Shown here: positions 27,519 to 36,747 of the stretch, one piece after another
Layout of the letters: each line of letters opens with the position of its first letter
Position numbering within the stretch: position 1 is the first letter of the stretch
Assembly (NCBI GenBank): GCA_943841885.1
Contig: CALSZZ010000001.1
Span: forward strand, 265,156 to 329,155
DNA length: 64,000 nucleotides
Source: Candidatus Thalassarchaeaceae archaeon
GTDB lineage: Archaea > Thermoplasmatota > Poseidoniia > Poseidoniales > Thalassarchaeaceae
Direction of reading: 5' to 3'
Notes under the pieces: generated by a model
The model's input: the letters and a program-made list of their open reading frames with translations, nothing else
What the model was told of the DNA's origin: nothing
Databases searched by the model: none
Made by a program: the position numbers and the translations under genes

Positions 27519-28604
27519 ATGGCGAAAGAGGGCATGTACTACAGAATGATGGGCAATACTGGTTTACAAGTTTCAGTACTATCATATGGATTTTGGGCAA
27601 CTTATGGAGTTAAGAATAGTTTACTAGAAGAAAATGGCATTGAAATGGCGAAAAGATGTATGACAATTGCAAGAGATGCTGGTGTAAATTGTTTTGATCA
27701 TGCGGAAGCATATGGTAATCCAAATGGAGAGGCTGAGAGATTATTCGGAATAGCCCTTTCAGAATTGAGTGAAGAAGACCCAGAAAAATGGAGAAGGTCA
27801 GAATTAATAATTACTACAAAAATTTTTTGGGGAGGGACTGGAGTTAATGAATCTGGATTATCGAGGAAACATATCTTAGAAGGTTTAGATGCAAGTTTAG
27901 AAAGATTACAACTTGATTATGTAGATATGGTATTCTGCCATAGGCCTGATCCACTTACTCCAACGTCAACAGTAGTACGAGCGATGAATGATGTCGTTAG
28001 AAATGGTTGGGCCACTTCATGGGGAACTTCAGAATGGTCTGCAGCACAGATAATGGAGGCTATATGGTTCGCCAAATCAGAAGGTTTAGAACCTCCAATG
28101 TTCGAACAACCACAATATAATATGCTACATAGAAATCGTTTTGAAAGGGAATATTTTCCTCTATTCAAGCCACCATATAATTATGGGACAACAATTTGGT
28201 CACCTTTGAGGTCGGGCTTTCTTACTGGTAAGTATAATGATGGAATTCCTGAGGGTTCAAGGCCAACTCAAGAAGGTTATGAATGGTTAATAGAAGATTT
28301 GGAAAATCGTAAGAAACAAGGACAAATTGAAATTGTTAAGAAAATTTCTGATTATGCAAAAAATGAATTCAATTGCTCACCTGCTCAATTGGCCTTGGCG
28401 TGGTGCCTGAAGAATCCTAATGTTAGTACGATACTCTTAGGTGCAACCAAACCAGAGCAGATGGAGGAAAACCTAGGGTGCATTAGTATTGCTAAAAGAA
28501 TAACAGAGGAGCACATGAATCAAATAAATTCAATTCTTAGAAATAAACCTGAAGATTGGACTGGATATGGCGGCACTGGTGCTCGCGAAATTAGAACATT
28601 ATGA
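27519..28604 (+). CDS. aldo/keto reductase, Kv-beta-subunit-like
   Basis: FDHAEAYG, VDMVFCHRPD, WGTSEWSA and ILLGATK. 361 aa. Confidence 0.8.
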   Translation: MAKEGMYYRMMGNTGLQVSVLSYGFWATYGVKNSLLEENGIEMAKRCMTIARDAGVNCFDHAEAYGNPNGEAERLFGIALSELSEEDPEKWRRSELIITTKIFWGGTGVNESGLSRKHILEGLDASLERLQLDYVDMVFCHRPDPLTPTSTVVRAMNDVVRNGWATSWGTSEWSAAQIMEAIWFAKSEGLEPPMFEQPQYNMLHRNRFEREYFPLFKPPYNYGTTIWSPLRSGFLTGKYNDGIPEGSRPTQEGYEWLIEDLENRKKQGQIEIVKKISDYAKNEFNCSPAQLALAWCLKNPNVSTILLGATKPEQMEENLGCISIAKRITEEHMNQINSILRNKPEDWTGYGGTGAREIRTL

Positions 28605-28693
28605 AAAAATGTATAAAAAACTAAAAATTTCTTATGTTAAAAAATTTTATTTTCTATAACAAGGTCGAACTTATAACTGTCTAGTATACTAAC

Positions 28694-28724
28694 CATGCTA
28701 AATAGCATACCGAAGCGCGCTTCG
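28694..28724 (+). promoter_or_regulatory. two adjacent palindromes in the helicase leader
   Basis: ATGCTAAATAGCAT (28695-28708) and the perfect GC-rich palindrome CGAAGCGCGCTTCG (28711-28724), ending 15 nt before the TTG start. Confidence 0.25.
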
Positions 28725-28738
28725 ATTAGGGATGCTTC

Positions 28739-30181
28739 TTGGTTGTATTTTCAGACTTAGGAATTGGCCCTGATTTGGTACAAGCTTTAGAAAAGCAAGG
28801 AATAGTAGAGCCATTTGAAGTTCAGAGTGAATCTATACCTGATTCCATACTAGGGCATGACGTATGTTGTAGAGCTCCAACGGGTTCTGGTAAGACGTTG
28901 GCATTTGGCTTACCTCTTCTTGCGCGTACGCAAAAGGCAAATAGAAAAAGACCCACTTCACTAATTTTAACTCCTACGAGAGAGTTAGCAGAGCAAATTT
29001 GTAGTGTCCTCAAACCCCTAGCTAAGGCGATAGGTGTGAATGTATTATCAGTCTATGGAGGAGTTTCCTATCGTAACCAGTTACGTGGACTTGAAGATGG
29101 CGTGGAGATATTAGTTGCTTGCCCGGGAAGACTATTGGATTTAATTGAAAGAAAGGCTTTATCTCTTAATGATGTGAGTATAATAGTATTAGATGAGGCA
29201 GATAGAATGGCAGATATGGGGTTTATGGAGCCCGTATGCGAAATAATAGAAATGTGTTCAGAAAATCGTCAAACTATACTATTTAGTGCCACTTTAGATG
29301 AAGATGTAATTGACATAGTTGAAACTTATCAAACAAATCCAATAACTATTGAAGTCGGGCCAGAAGAAGTTAGTATTGACAGTATGCAACATTATTTTTG
29401 GAAGGTTAAGAACCATAAAAGAGTAGAGGTTACCGCAGAAATCGTCAGAAAATCTGGAAGAAGTATTATTTTCTGTAGGACTAGAATGGGTGTCAATCGC
29501 CTAGATGAAGAACTCAAAGGAGAAGGTATATCTTGCACACCGTTACATGGTGGCTTGAATCAAAACCAAAGAGATAGGGCAATGCGTAAGTTTAGTACAA
29601 GTAGAACAATGGTGTTAATTGCAACTGATGTTGCTTCAAGAGGAATAGATGTTGAAGGCGTGAATTGTGTAATAAATTATGATCCACCAGAGAATGGAAA
29701 GGCGTATAAGCATCGGGGCGGAAGAACTGCCAGAGCAGGAACTAATGGTATTGTAGTATCTTATGTCCCCAAGTCAAAGGAAAGGCTGTACTCAAGGATA
29801 CAAAAAGAAGTTGGTGTAAAATATAGATATACTCTTCCGCAAGTAGAAGTACTCGAAGAAAACGAGTTTGAATTAATACCTCCCGAAAAGGGAGATCGGA
29901 GTGATCGTGGAAGGAGAAGAGGATCTGGAGGGAATAGAAATAGAATATCAAGGAATAAAAGAAATTTTTCTTCCAGAGGAAAACAAAAAGAAAGACCTTC
30001 TAAAGGAAGAGATAATTCAAAAAGAGGAAAGAGGGGCGCGAGTGAAAGAAAAAATTCTGGCGATAATTCAAAAAATAACTCCCAAACAACAAGAGGTGAA
30101 AAAAGAAGTAAGATAAGTGAAAATGGAGGAAAATATAATTCAAAAAGAGGGAAGAGCAGTCAAAAAAGAAGAGGGGGGTAA
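28739..30181 (+). CDS. DEAD-box ATP-dependent RNA helicase with R/K/S/G-rich tail
   Basis: Motif I APTGSGKT, Ia PTRELA, II VLDEADRM, III SAT, VI HRGGRTARAG. TTG start per the track. The tail appears truncated by a frame change at the G6 run. Confidence 0.85.
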   Translation: MVVFSDLGIGPDLVQALEKQGIVEPFEVQSESIPDSILGHDVCCRAPTGSGKTLAFGLPLLARTQKANRKRPTSLILTPTRELAEQICSVLKPLAKAIGVNVLSVYGGVSYRNQLRGLEDGVEILVACPGRLLDLIERKALSLNDVSIIVLDEADRMADMGFMEPVCEIIEMCSENRQTILFSATLDEDVIDIVETYQTNPITIEVGPEEVSIDSMQHYFWKVKNHKRVEVTAEIVRKSGRSIIFCRTRMGVNRLDEELKGEGISCTPLHGGLNQNQRDRAMRKFSTSRTMVLIATDVASRGIDVEGVNCVINYDPPENGKAYKHRGGRTARAGTNGIVVSYVPKSKERLYSRIQKEVGVKYRYTLPQVEVLEENEFELIPPEKGDRSDRGRRRGSGGNRNRISRNKRNFSSRGKQKERPSKGRDNSKRGKRGASERKNSGDNSKNNSQTTRGEKRSKISENGGKYNSKRGKSSQKRRGG

Positions 30182-30220
30182 CAATGAAAATTCAAAAAAT
30201 AACTCCCAAACACCAAGAGG
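30065..30220 (+). repeat. 32-nt direct repeat (two copies, 30065-30096 and 30189-30220, 31/32 identical)
   Basis: AATTCAAAAAATAACTCCCAAACA(A/C)CAAGAGG. Copy 1 is in the helicase frame; copy 2 lies after the stop, in the +1 frame. Confidence 0.85.
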
Positions 30221-30294
30221 CGGAAAGAGAGGGAAAGGGCAAAGTCCTTCTAGGCCTAGGAATAGACGTAAAAAATCTGACTACAGGTCTTAGA

Positions 30295-30699
30295 TTAAAT
30301 GATATCTTCGATAAGTTGTAGTTTCAATAATCTTTTAGATGCGCTGTAATTAATATTTTTGAATGCAACTTTTACTTGGCCTCCTTCGAATGGCTCTTCA
30401 ATAGTGGGTTGTCCGCCTCTAAAAAGTCCCATCACCGTGGTGTAAGCGTCTACTCCAACATGTGCTTCAATATCATAAACTGCTGATTCGGCACCTTGGT
30501 CGGATAAATCATCACCCTCTCCACCATGTAATATGGTTCTTTGAATTCTTCTTTCTACAGTTACTGTTATCTCTGAACATGGTATTTCCATTTCAACTGT
30601 GGAATTATCTCTGAGTTCTAGTAAAGAAGTTTCTCCTGCGTCTTTTATTGGACCTTTTATTACTAATATTTGTGGATTTTTCTTTGATATTTCTGCCAT
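30295..30699 (-). CDS. hypothetical protein (134 aa)
   Basis: ATG preceded by AAGGTGA. No motif recognised. Confidence 0.5.
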   Translation of the reverse strand: MAEISKKNPQILVIKGPIKDAGETSLLELRDNSTVEMEIPCSEITVTVERRIQRTILHGGEGDDLSDQGAESAVYDIEAHVGVDAYTTVMGLFRGGQPTIEEPFEGGQVKVAFKNINYSASKRLLKLQLIEDII

Positions 30700-30720
30700 T
30701 TATTTCACCTTATTTTGTTT

Positions 30721-30804
30721 CTAATTATTAAGTACTGCATTTGTATTGAATGTATGAACAACTGCTGCAACTGGTATCAATGCGTTGACAGCATCATCGG
30801 CCAT
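30721..30804 (-). CDS. candidate small ORF (27 aa) upstream of the 134-aa gene
   Basis: GGAGGGAGG lies 5 nt before the ATG. Translation MADDAVNALIPVAAVVHTFNTNAVLNN. Its stop is 21 nt before the next ATG. Confidence 0.3.
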   Translation of the reverse strand: MADDAVNALIPVAAVVHTFNTNAVLNN

Positions 30805-30938
30805 ATCTGCCTCCCTCCGATAATAATAGATAATCTTTGGTCCGTTTTTGGCGTTAAAATTAAATCAATCAGAAAAATAATTTTACAAAGTTTAAAATCA
30901 TACATACATATTGAAATGTAGAACGTTCTGCGATAAAC

Positions 30939-31400
30939 ATGTTAAATGTAGGAGATAAAGCACCTAATTTCACTTTGATGGCATATGATAGATCGATGGT
31001 AACACTAAGTAAACACTTAGGGCAAAAAGTGATTATAGCATTTTATCCAGCCGCATTTACTGGAGTTTGTACTACTGAAATGTGTACATTTTCTGATTCA
31101 TTGACGAAATTTTCTGGAATAAACGTGACAATATTTGGAATCTCTGCTGATAATGTATTTGCAAATAAAATATTTGCTGAACAAAATAATATCAAATTCC
31201 CACTATTATGTGATGTTGAAAGAACTGCAATAAAGGCATATGGAGTCGATATTGAAAATTTTGGTGCACCCGGATATGTAGCAAGTCAGCGTTCTATATT
31301 CATAATAGAAGAAGATGGTTCAATAGGATATTCCTGGATTGCAGATAATCCCGGAATAGAGCCGAATTATTCAGAAGTTTTTGAGTACATTAAATCTTAA
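30939..31400 (+). CDS. peroxiredoxin (AhpC/TSA family, AhpE/Bcp-like)
   Basis: FYPAAFTGVCTTEMC peroxidatic Cys motif. 153 aa. Confidence 0.8.
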   Translation: MLNVGDKAPNFTLMAYDRSMVTLSKHLGQKVIIAFYPAAFTGVCTTEMCTFSDSLTKFSGINVTIFGISADNVFANKIFAEQNNIKFPLLCDVERTAIKAYGVDIENFGAPGYVASQRSIFIIEEDGSIGYSWIADNPGIEPNYSEVFEYIKS

Positions 31401-32830
31401 ATTATTTTCCATTTTACACCCTCTGGGCTGTCTTCGACTGTAATGTTCATTGAATTTAATTCATCTCTTATTTCATCGGCTTTAATCCAGTCTTTCTCAT
31501 CTCGGGCCTTCTGACGTAGCATTAGTAGTTCTTCAACTCTTAATGATAATTTATTTCGCATTATGTCTGACTTTTTAGATAGTGAATTTAGAATATTTTT
31601 ATCTGGAAGAAGTCCCAAGATATTACCTGCAAACTCATCTAACCATCCCAAATATGCTGAGATATTTTTAATTTCATCATTTTTAGAAATCCCATCATTG
31701 AGTTTTTTAACCACAGATTGGACCTCAACAAATGCTATTCTAGTATTAAAATCATCATTCATGCCGCTAAAAAATCTTTCAGTAGCGGAATTAAGAAAAT
31801 TATTTCCATCCCAAACTCCCGCTTCGGTAATCTTAGATGCCTCCAAATATGTATTTAATAGTCTATTATGATGTATTTGAGATTCTTCCAATATAGATTG
31901 ATTAAATTCTATTGGTTGTCTGTAAGGGGCATTTAGTAAAGCATATCTAAGTGCTAAGGGTTCAACGGATTCGAAAGTTTCAGAAATCGTTGTAAAATTA
32001 CCTAATGACTTACTCATCTTTTCACCATCAACATTAATCATTCCATTGTGCATCCAGTACTTTACTACGTGTTCTTTTCCTAAGCAGCATTCGGATTGAA
32101 AAATCTCAGCTTCATGATGAGGGAACATCAAATCTCTTCCTCCTCCATGAATATCAAAAGTTTCTCCAAGGTGTTTCAAAGACATAGCTGAACATTCAAT
32201 ATGCCATCCCGGCCTCCCGTTCCCCCAGGGACTAGACCAATATGGCTCCCCCTCTTTCGCATTTTTCCAAAGAGCGAAATCTCTATGATCGCGTTTTCCA
32301 TCTCCCGTTCCACTAACTCTTCCTCCTGCTCCCGATCTGACCATCTCAAGTGTTTGCCCTGTTAATTGGCCATATTTCTCTGGTGCTGTATCTATTTCGA
32401 AGTATACTCCATCTTCAGCCAAGTATGCATTTTTCTTGTCTAATAATACCGAAATCATATCAATTATTTCTGGGATTGTTTCTGTGACTTTTGAATATTT
32501 ATCTGCACGCAGAACATTCAATTTGTCCATCACCTGAAAATAATTATCTATATTTCTATTTGAAATTTCTTTGAAGCCTACATTTTCTTCTAAAGCAACT
32601 TTAATGATTTTATCATCTATATCTGTAAAATTCGTTATATAAATAACTTTGAAATCTAATTTCCTAAACCATCTTGTGATTATATCAAAAGAAATAGCTT
32701 GCCGAGCGTGACCGAGGTGGCTCGGAGAGTATGGAGTAATTCCACAGACGTAAATACTAACTTCACCTTCAACGATAGGTATGAATTTTTTTTTAATACG
32801 AGAGCGTGTGTCATATATTTTCAAAACCAT
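31397..32830 (-). CDS. cysS: cysteine--tRNA ligase
   Basis: HLGHAR (HIGH), WHIECS and KMSKSLGN. 477 aa. Confidence 0.9.
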   Translation of the reverse strand: MVLKIYDTRSRIKKKFIPIVEGEVSIYVCGITPYSPSHLGHARQAISFDIITRWFRKLDFKVIYITNFTDIDDKIIKVALEENVGFKEISNRNIDNYFQVMDKLNVLRADKYSKVTETIPEIIDMISVLLDKKNAYLAEDGVYFEIDTAPEKYGQLTGQTLEMVRSGAGGRVSGTGDGKRDHRDFALWKNAKEGEPYWSSPWGNGRPGWHIECSAMSLKHLGETFDIHGGGRDLMFPHHEAEIFQSECCLGKEHVVKYWMHNGMINVDGEKMSKSLGNFTTISETFESVEPLALRYALLNAPYRQPIEFNQSILEESQIHHNRLLNTYLEASKITEAGVWDGNNFLNSATERFFSGMNDDFNTRIAFVEVQSVVKKLNDGISKNDEIKNISAYLGWLDEFAGNILGLLPDKNILNSLSKKSDIMRNKLSLRVEELLMLRQKARDEKDWIKADEIRDELNSMNITVEDSPEGVKWKII

Positions 32831-32859
32831 AAATGCATCCTCCTCGCGACCTATCTACC

Positions 32860-33576
32860 TCAACTTCGTGCTGATTTAACCAATTCAGAATATAAAATAT
32901 CATGATTTTTTCCCATCCTCTCGGGATGCCACTGAACTCCTATACAGAATCTTAAATCTGGCCTTTCAACAGCTTCTATTAGCCCGTCATGCTTAGCATG
33001 GGCCGTTACTATTAATGATCCTGGATCAGATACTCCTTGATGATGTGTAGAGTTTACTGTCACATGAGGGCCCATCAATGAAGAAATTTTTGAACCTTCA
33101 CTCGTAGTCACCACATGTTCACTTGATTGCCCGTCATAACTTCCGTGCCCCCCGTACTCTAGAGTGTTGTCCAAGTGTTGATGGAGATGTCCTCCATGAA
33201 TTATTGACAAAAGTTGCATGCCTCGACAAATACATAACATTGGCATATTTCTATCTAATGCCTCTTGAATCAAGGCCCTCTCTGAAGCATCTTGTTCAGG
33301 ATAATATGTAGCTGTACTTATGTATGATTCTTCGTGATATTCAGAAGGATTGATATCTGGACCTCCTGCTATAACTATTCCATTTATTTTATCCAAGACA
33401 GAAGTTGAAAATATAGAAGGAGGAATTAGTACTGGTATTCCTCCCGCGCGTTCGATAGCAGAAGTGTATGTTGAAGGTAAAATTGCTGCATCCATAGTCC
33501 ATTTTGCAAATTTTGATTCCCTTATAGAACAAGTAACTCCAATCAGTGGCCTATCAAGTTCAGGCGACATGTGCAT
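32860..33576 (-). CDS. class-I glutamine amidotransferase, peptidase C26 (PuuD-like gamma-glutamyl hydrolase)
   Basis: LCICRGMQLL nucleophile and GVQWHPE. Confidence 0.75.
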   Translation of the reverse strand: MHMSPELDRPLIGVTCSIRESKFAKWTMDAAILPSTYTSAIERAGGIPVLIPPSIFSTSVLDKINGIVIAGGPDINPSEYHEESYISTATYYPEQDASERALIQEALDRNMPMLCICRGMQLLSIIHGGHLHQHLDNTLEYGGHGSYDGQSSEHVVTTSEGSKISSLMGPHVTVNSTHHQGVSDPGSLIVTAHAKHDGLIEAVERPDLRFCIGVQWHPERMGKNHDILYSELVKSARS

Positions 33577-33691
33577 CTGAAATTGTTTTATAACTTAAAT
33601 TCTCGCTAAATTAGTGAAAATAAACAATGGATTATTAATTTTGGATATATTCAGGGGTAAACTTGAGTTAGTGCCCATCAGTTCGTTTACT

Positions 33692-34048
33692 ATGGAATGG
33701 TTTAATTTAATGTCAAGGGGTTTTTTTAGCGGGGCTGTAGTGGTAATTGTAAGTGAAGTTGCAAAAAAATCAGCAGTTTTTGGTGCATTATTGACCTCTA
33801 TACCCTTGGTCAGTGTATTGTCATTAACTTGGCTATATGAAGATACTAAAGATACTGCACAAGTCGCTGATTTCGCTGAAAGCATATTATGGTTAGTTTT
33901 GCCTTCAACATTATTATTCATATTGCTTCCATATTTACTTCGTAAAGGATGGTCTTTTGAAAATTCTATGATAGTAGGAATTTCTACAACTGTTTTAGCA
34001 TATGGGATAGGAATATATCTAGCATCTTCTTATGTCGCTTCCAATTGA
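33692..34048 (+). CDS. DUF3147-like small membrane protein
   Basis: 4 TM. GAVVVIVSEVAKKS...LTSIPLVSVLSLTWLY. Start taken at the internal ATG 33692. Confidence 0.45.
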   Translation: MEWFNLMSRGFFSGAVVVIVSEVAKKSAVFGALLTSIPLVSVLSLTWLYEDTKDTAQVADFAESILWLVLPSTLLFILLPYLLRKGWSFENSMIVGISTTVLAYGIGIYLASSYVASN

Positions 34049-34188
34049 TGTATGATCCATTTATATTTTATAGGATGTCGAATCCGAATTATATTTGAAG
34101 AAAATAATCAATAGATAAATATTTATTTTTTGCATTAATCTTTTGATTTAGCAAAAAAGAATTCAAATCTGAGATTTATAATTGTGTT

Positions 34189-34587
34189 TTAATTCTCATG
34201 GGCTTCTCTCATTTTCCTTGTATGGATAAAAGATTGTATACAAGAATAAGTGAATACTCCTCCGACGAATAACATGATTAATTGGGCCAAAGTAGAAGCA
34301 GAGAAGTCAGAATCAATTATCCCCTTTAATGCCATTCCTCCTCCGAGAAAGGTCAGAAGTCCTACGCTAACTGCCGCATGCATCCATACATGATTCTTTT
34401 CTGGCTGTATCTTAGCCATATATCCCAGTAATAGCAATGGTAGACCAAAAAATGACGGTATCAATGAAGTAACACTAGTCATGCCTGTGCCTAAATAAAA
34501 TGATACTCCTTCTAACATAAGTAATGAGCCGACAATCATTGTTAATTTTGGCATAGTCTGATTTAAGAATTTGAATTCATTGTCCAT
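34189..34587 (-). CDS. hypothetical 4-TM membrane protein
   Basis: Hydrophobic profile only. Lies 30 nt downstream of the Fe-S oxidoreductase on the same strand. Confidence 0.45.
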   Translation of the reverse strand: MDNEFKFLNQTMPKLTMIVGSLLMLEGVSFYLGTGMTSVTSLIPSFFGLPLLLLGYMAKIQPEKNHVWMHAAVSVGLLTFLGGGMALKGIIDSDFSASTLAQLIMLFVGGVFTYSCIQSFIHTRKMREAHEN

Positions 34588-34617
34588 AATATCAGGAAAG
34601 GGCTCGAGTTTAAGATG

Positions 34618-36618
34618 CTACTCCTGTGTTGATAACGATGTTTTTTGTATTTCTTCATCTTTGGCAACTATTTGCTCCCAAAGTAATTCTGCTACATCCT
34701 TGACGTCCATTTCAGAACCTACTGAATCTAGGCCATCCTTTACCATGATTGAACAAAAAGGACATCCTATAGCCACTGTATCGCAACCTGTTGCAGCTAT
34801 TTCTTCAGCCCTAATTTTGTTAACTCTCTTATCTGAATCTTCTTCCATCCACATTTGAGCACCTCCAGCACCGCAGCAGAAAGAGTCTTTGCCATGCCTT
34901 TCAACTTCCACATCAACGCCACCCAACACTGCCCTTGGCTCTTCGACAATGTCTCCCATTCTGCCCAAGTAGCATGGGTCATGATATGTTATGCTTTTTC
35001 CATTTTTATCCAGTTCAGGTAATTTTCCTTCATCTTGTAATTTTGCCATTATTTCGGTATGATGGAAGACTTCTAATTCATCTGCACCATAATCGCCATA
35101 TTCTTTTCCTAATGTATGGAAGCAGTGAGGGCATGATGCGACAATTCTTTTCACCCCCAAATCTTGAAATGTAGAAATATTTGTTTCTGCCAACATTTGA
35201 AATAAATATTCATTTCCTGCACGTCTGGCTGGATCTCCGGAGCATCCCTCTTGCATACCAAGTATCCCTACATCAAGCCCTGCTTGTTTCATCAAGGAAA
35301 TTGTTGCTCGGGCCACTTTTTGATTTCTTTCATCGAAACTAGCAGCACAACCAACGAAATAAATATATTCGGCAGGTTTACCTACTTTTACATCTAAGTC
35401 AGCAGCCCAATCAGCCCTTTCATGGCTTCCAAAACCATAGGGATTAGATGCCGCTTCAAGATTGCCCATTGCAACATTCAGTACTTCAGGGTACTCCATA
35501 GTCTCCATAACTGCATTACGTCTTAAATCTGTAAGTTTTGGCACATGTTCTATGTATAGGGGGCAAACATCCACACAAGCGTTACAAGTAGTACATGCCC
35601 AAACTGCATCTTCAGTAATTCGTTGCATCATGGTTTCTTCTGGTTGTCCGCCGCTAAGCAATATTGGTGCATTCTCATTGGCATAATCCCTTACATCATG
35701 GATAATCTGCATTGGGTTCAGACTTTTTCCAGAGGCATATGCAGGACAAACGTCTTGACATCTGGCACATGAGGTACAGGACCAGGCATCAATTAACTGA
35801 CGCCATGTATACTGACCAAAAGAGCTAACTCCAAATGAATCAATATCTAAATCGTCCAGAGAGACTGCTTTACCACTTTCATCTAAAGCAAGAGGACGCA
35901 TTTTACCCATTGGTTCTGTATCGTGAAAAAATACGTTGGGAAAAGCCATTACTAAATGCATATGTTTTGAAAGTGGTATCAAAATCAGAAATGTAAAAAT
36001 TGCAAGCATGTGGGCCCAATAGGATGCTATCGCAAAGGAATCTGAAAGGCCTAATGATTCAACCCAAACTCCAATGGGCTCCCAAGATATGGGATTTTCT
36101 TTTGATTCTATAATAAATGATGTTGTCGTAATAGTCAATATTAAAATCAAAATAAAATTACCTTCTAATTGAGATTTTCCTTTAAGTTTTTCAGGTGTAA
36201 AAATTACTCTCCTAATTAGTGCTGCGGAGGCTCCAACTAGTGCTGACAAATACCCTAATTCAACAACTCCATTCCAAGGGCCAATAAGTAATTCTGGCAA
36301 TATATTATCTGAGAAGAAATTGGCAGTTGCAAGATCAAGCATATCCGATGCTAGCATTAAAAATCCCCAGAACATCAATACATGCATTGTTCCTGCCACT
36401 CTATCTCTTAGTACTTTTTTTTGTCCTAACCATCCTACCATTACTTCCTTTATTCTTATGCCCCATGAATCAAATCTATCATCTGAGGAACCAAGCATGA
36501 CTAAACGTATGGCTTTACTTAAATGAAATAAGAAAAAGCTAGATGATAATCCGCCTAAGATGATTAAAATAACCCATCCAGGAACCGGGCCATAATTAAT
36601 TAATAGTGGATGTTCCAT
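34618..36618 (-). CDS. membrane-anchored Fe-S oxidoreductase (NarI/DsrM-like TM domain fused to HdrD/GlpC-like domain)
   Basis: N-terminal about 6 TM with conserved His. Two ferredoxin motifs CTSCARCQDVCP and CTTCNACVDVCP. CCG-type Cys-rich repeats (VGCAASF..., FCCGAGGAQ, CPFCS). Confidence 0.7.
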   Translation of the reverse strand: MEHPLLINYGPVPGWVILIILGGLSSSFFLFHLSKAIRLVMLGSSDDRFDSWGIRIKEVMVGWLGQKKVLRDRVAGTMHVLMFWGFLMLASDMLDLATANFFSDNILPELLIGPWNGVVELGYLSALVGASAALIRRVIFTPEKLKGKSQLEGNFILILILTITTTSFIIESKENPISWEPIGVWVESLGLSDSFAIASYWAHMLAIFTFLILIPLSKHMHLVMAFPNVFFHDTEPMGKMRPLALDESGKAVSLDDLDIDSFGVSSFGQYTWRQLIDAWSCTSCARCQDVCPAYASGKSLNPMQIIHDVRDYANENAPILLSGGQPEETMMQRITEDAVWACTTCNACVDVCPLYIEHVPKLTDLRRNAVMETMEYPEVLNVAMGNLEAASNPYGFGSHERADWAADLDVKVGKPAEYIYFVGCAASFDERNQKVARATISLMKQAGLDVGILGMQEGCSGDPARRAGNEYLFQMLAETNISTFQDLGVKRIVASCPHCFHTLGKEYGDYGADELEVFHHTEIMAKLQDEGKLPELDKNGKSITYHDPCYLGRMGDIVEEPRAVLGGVDVEVERHGKDSFCCGAGGAQMWMEEDSDKRVNKIRAEEIAATGCDTVAIGCPFCSIMVKDGLDSVGSEMDVKDVAELLWEQIVAKDEEIQKTSLSTQE

Positions 36619-36747
36619 GTATAAATCCCCTCAGATAGAGTTACTAATATTCTACCGTATAGTGTATCAGGTTTCAAATAATCGCTTTACTAATTTACAA
36701 ATATTGGTTTCCCCAATGATAATCTTCCATATCCCTTACGGAGTAGT

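Noticed and set aside
30715-30921. Cys-rich 68-aa plus-strand ORF (CICIECMNNCCNWYQC) in the intergenic region
   Set aside because: It has a non-ATG start and no ribosome-binding motif. It is the reverse complement of the Shine-Dalgarno-led small ORF, and the Cys codons are a by-product of GCA/ACA codons on the other strand.
34070-34095. GTCGAATCC, a tRNA T-loop-like string
   Set aside because: The flanks are AT-rich, with no acceptor, D-arm or anticodon-arm pairing. This is not a tRNA.
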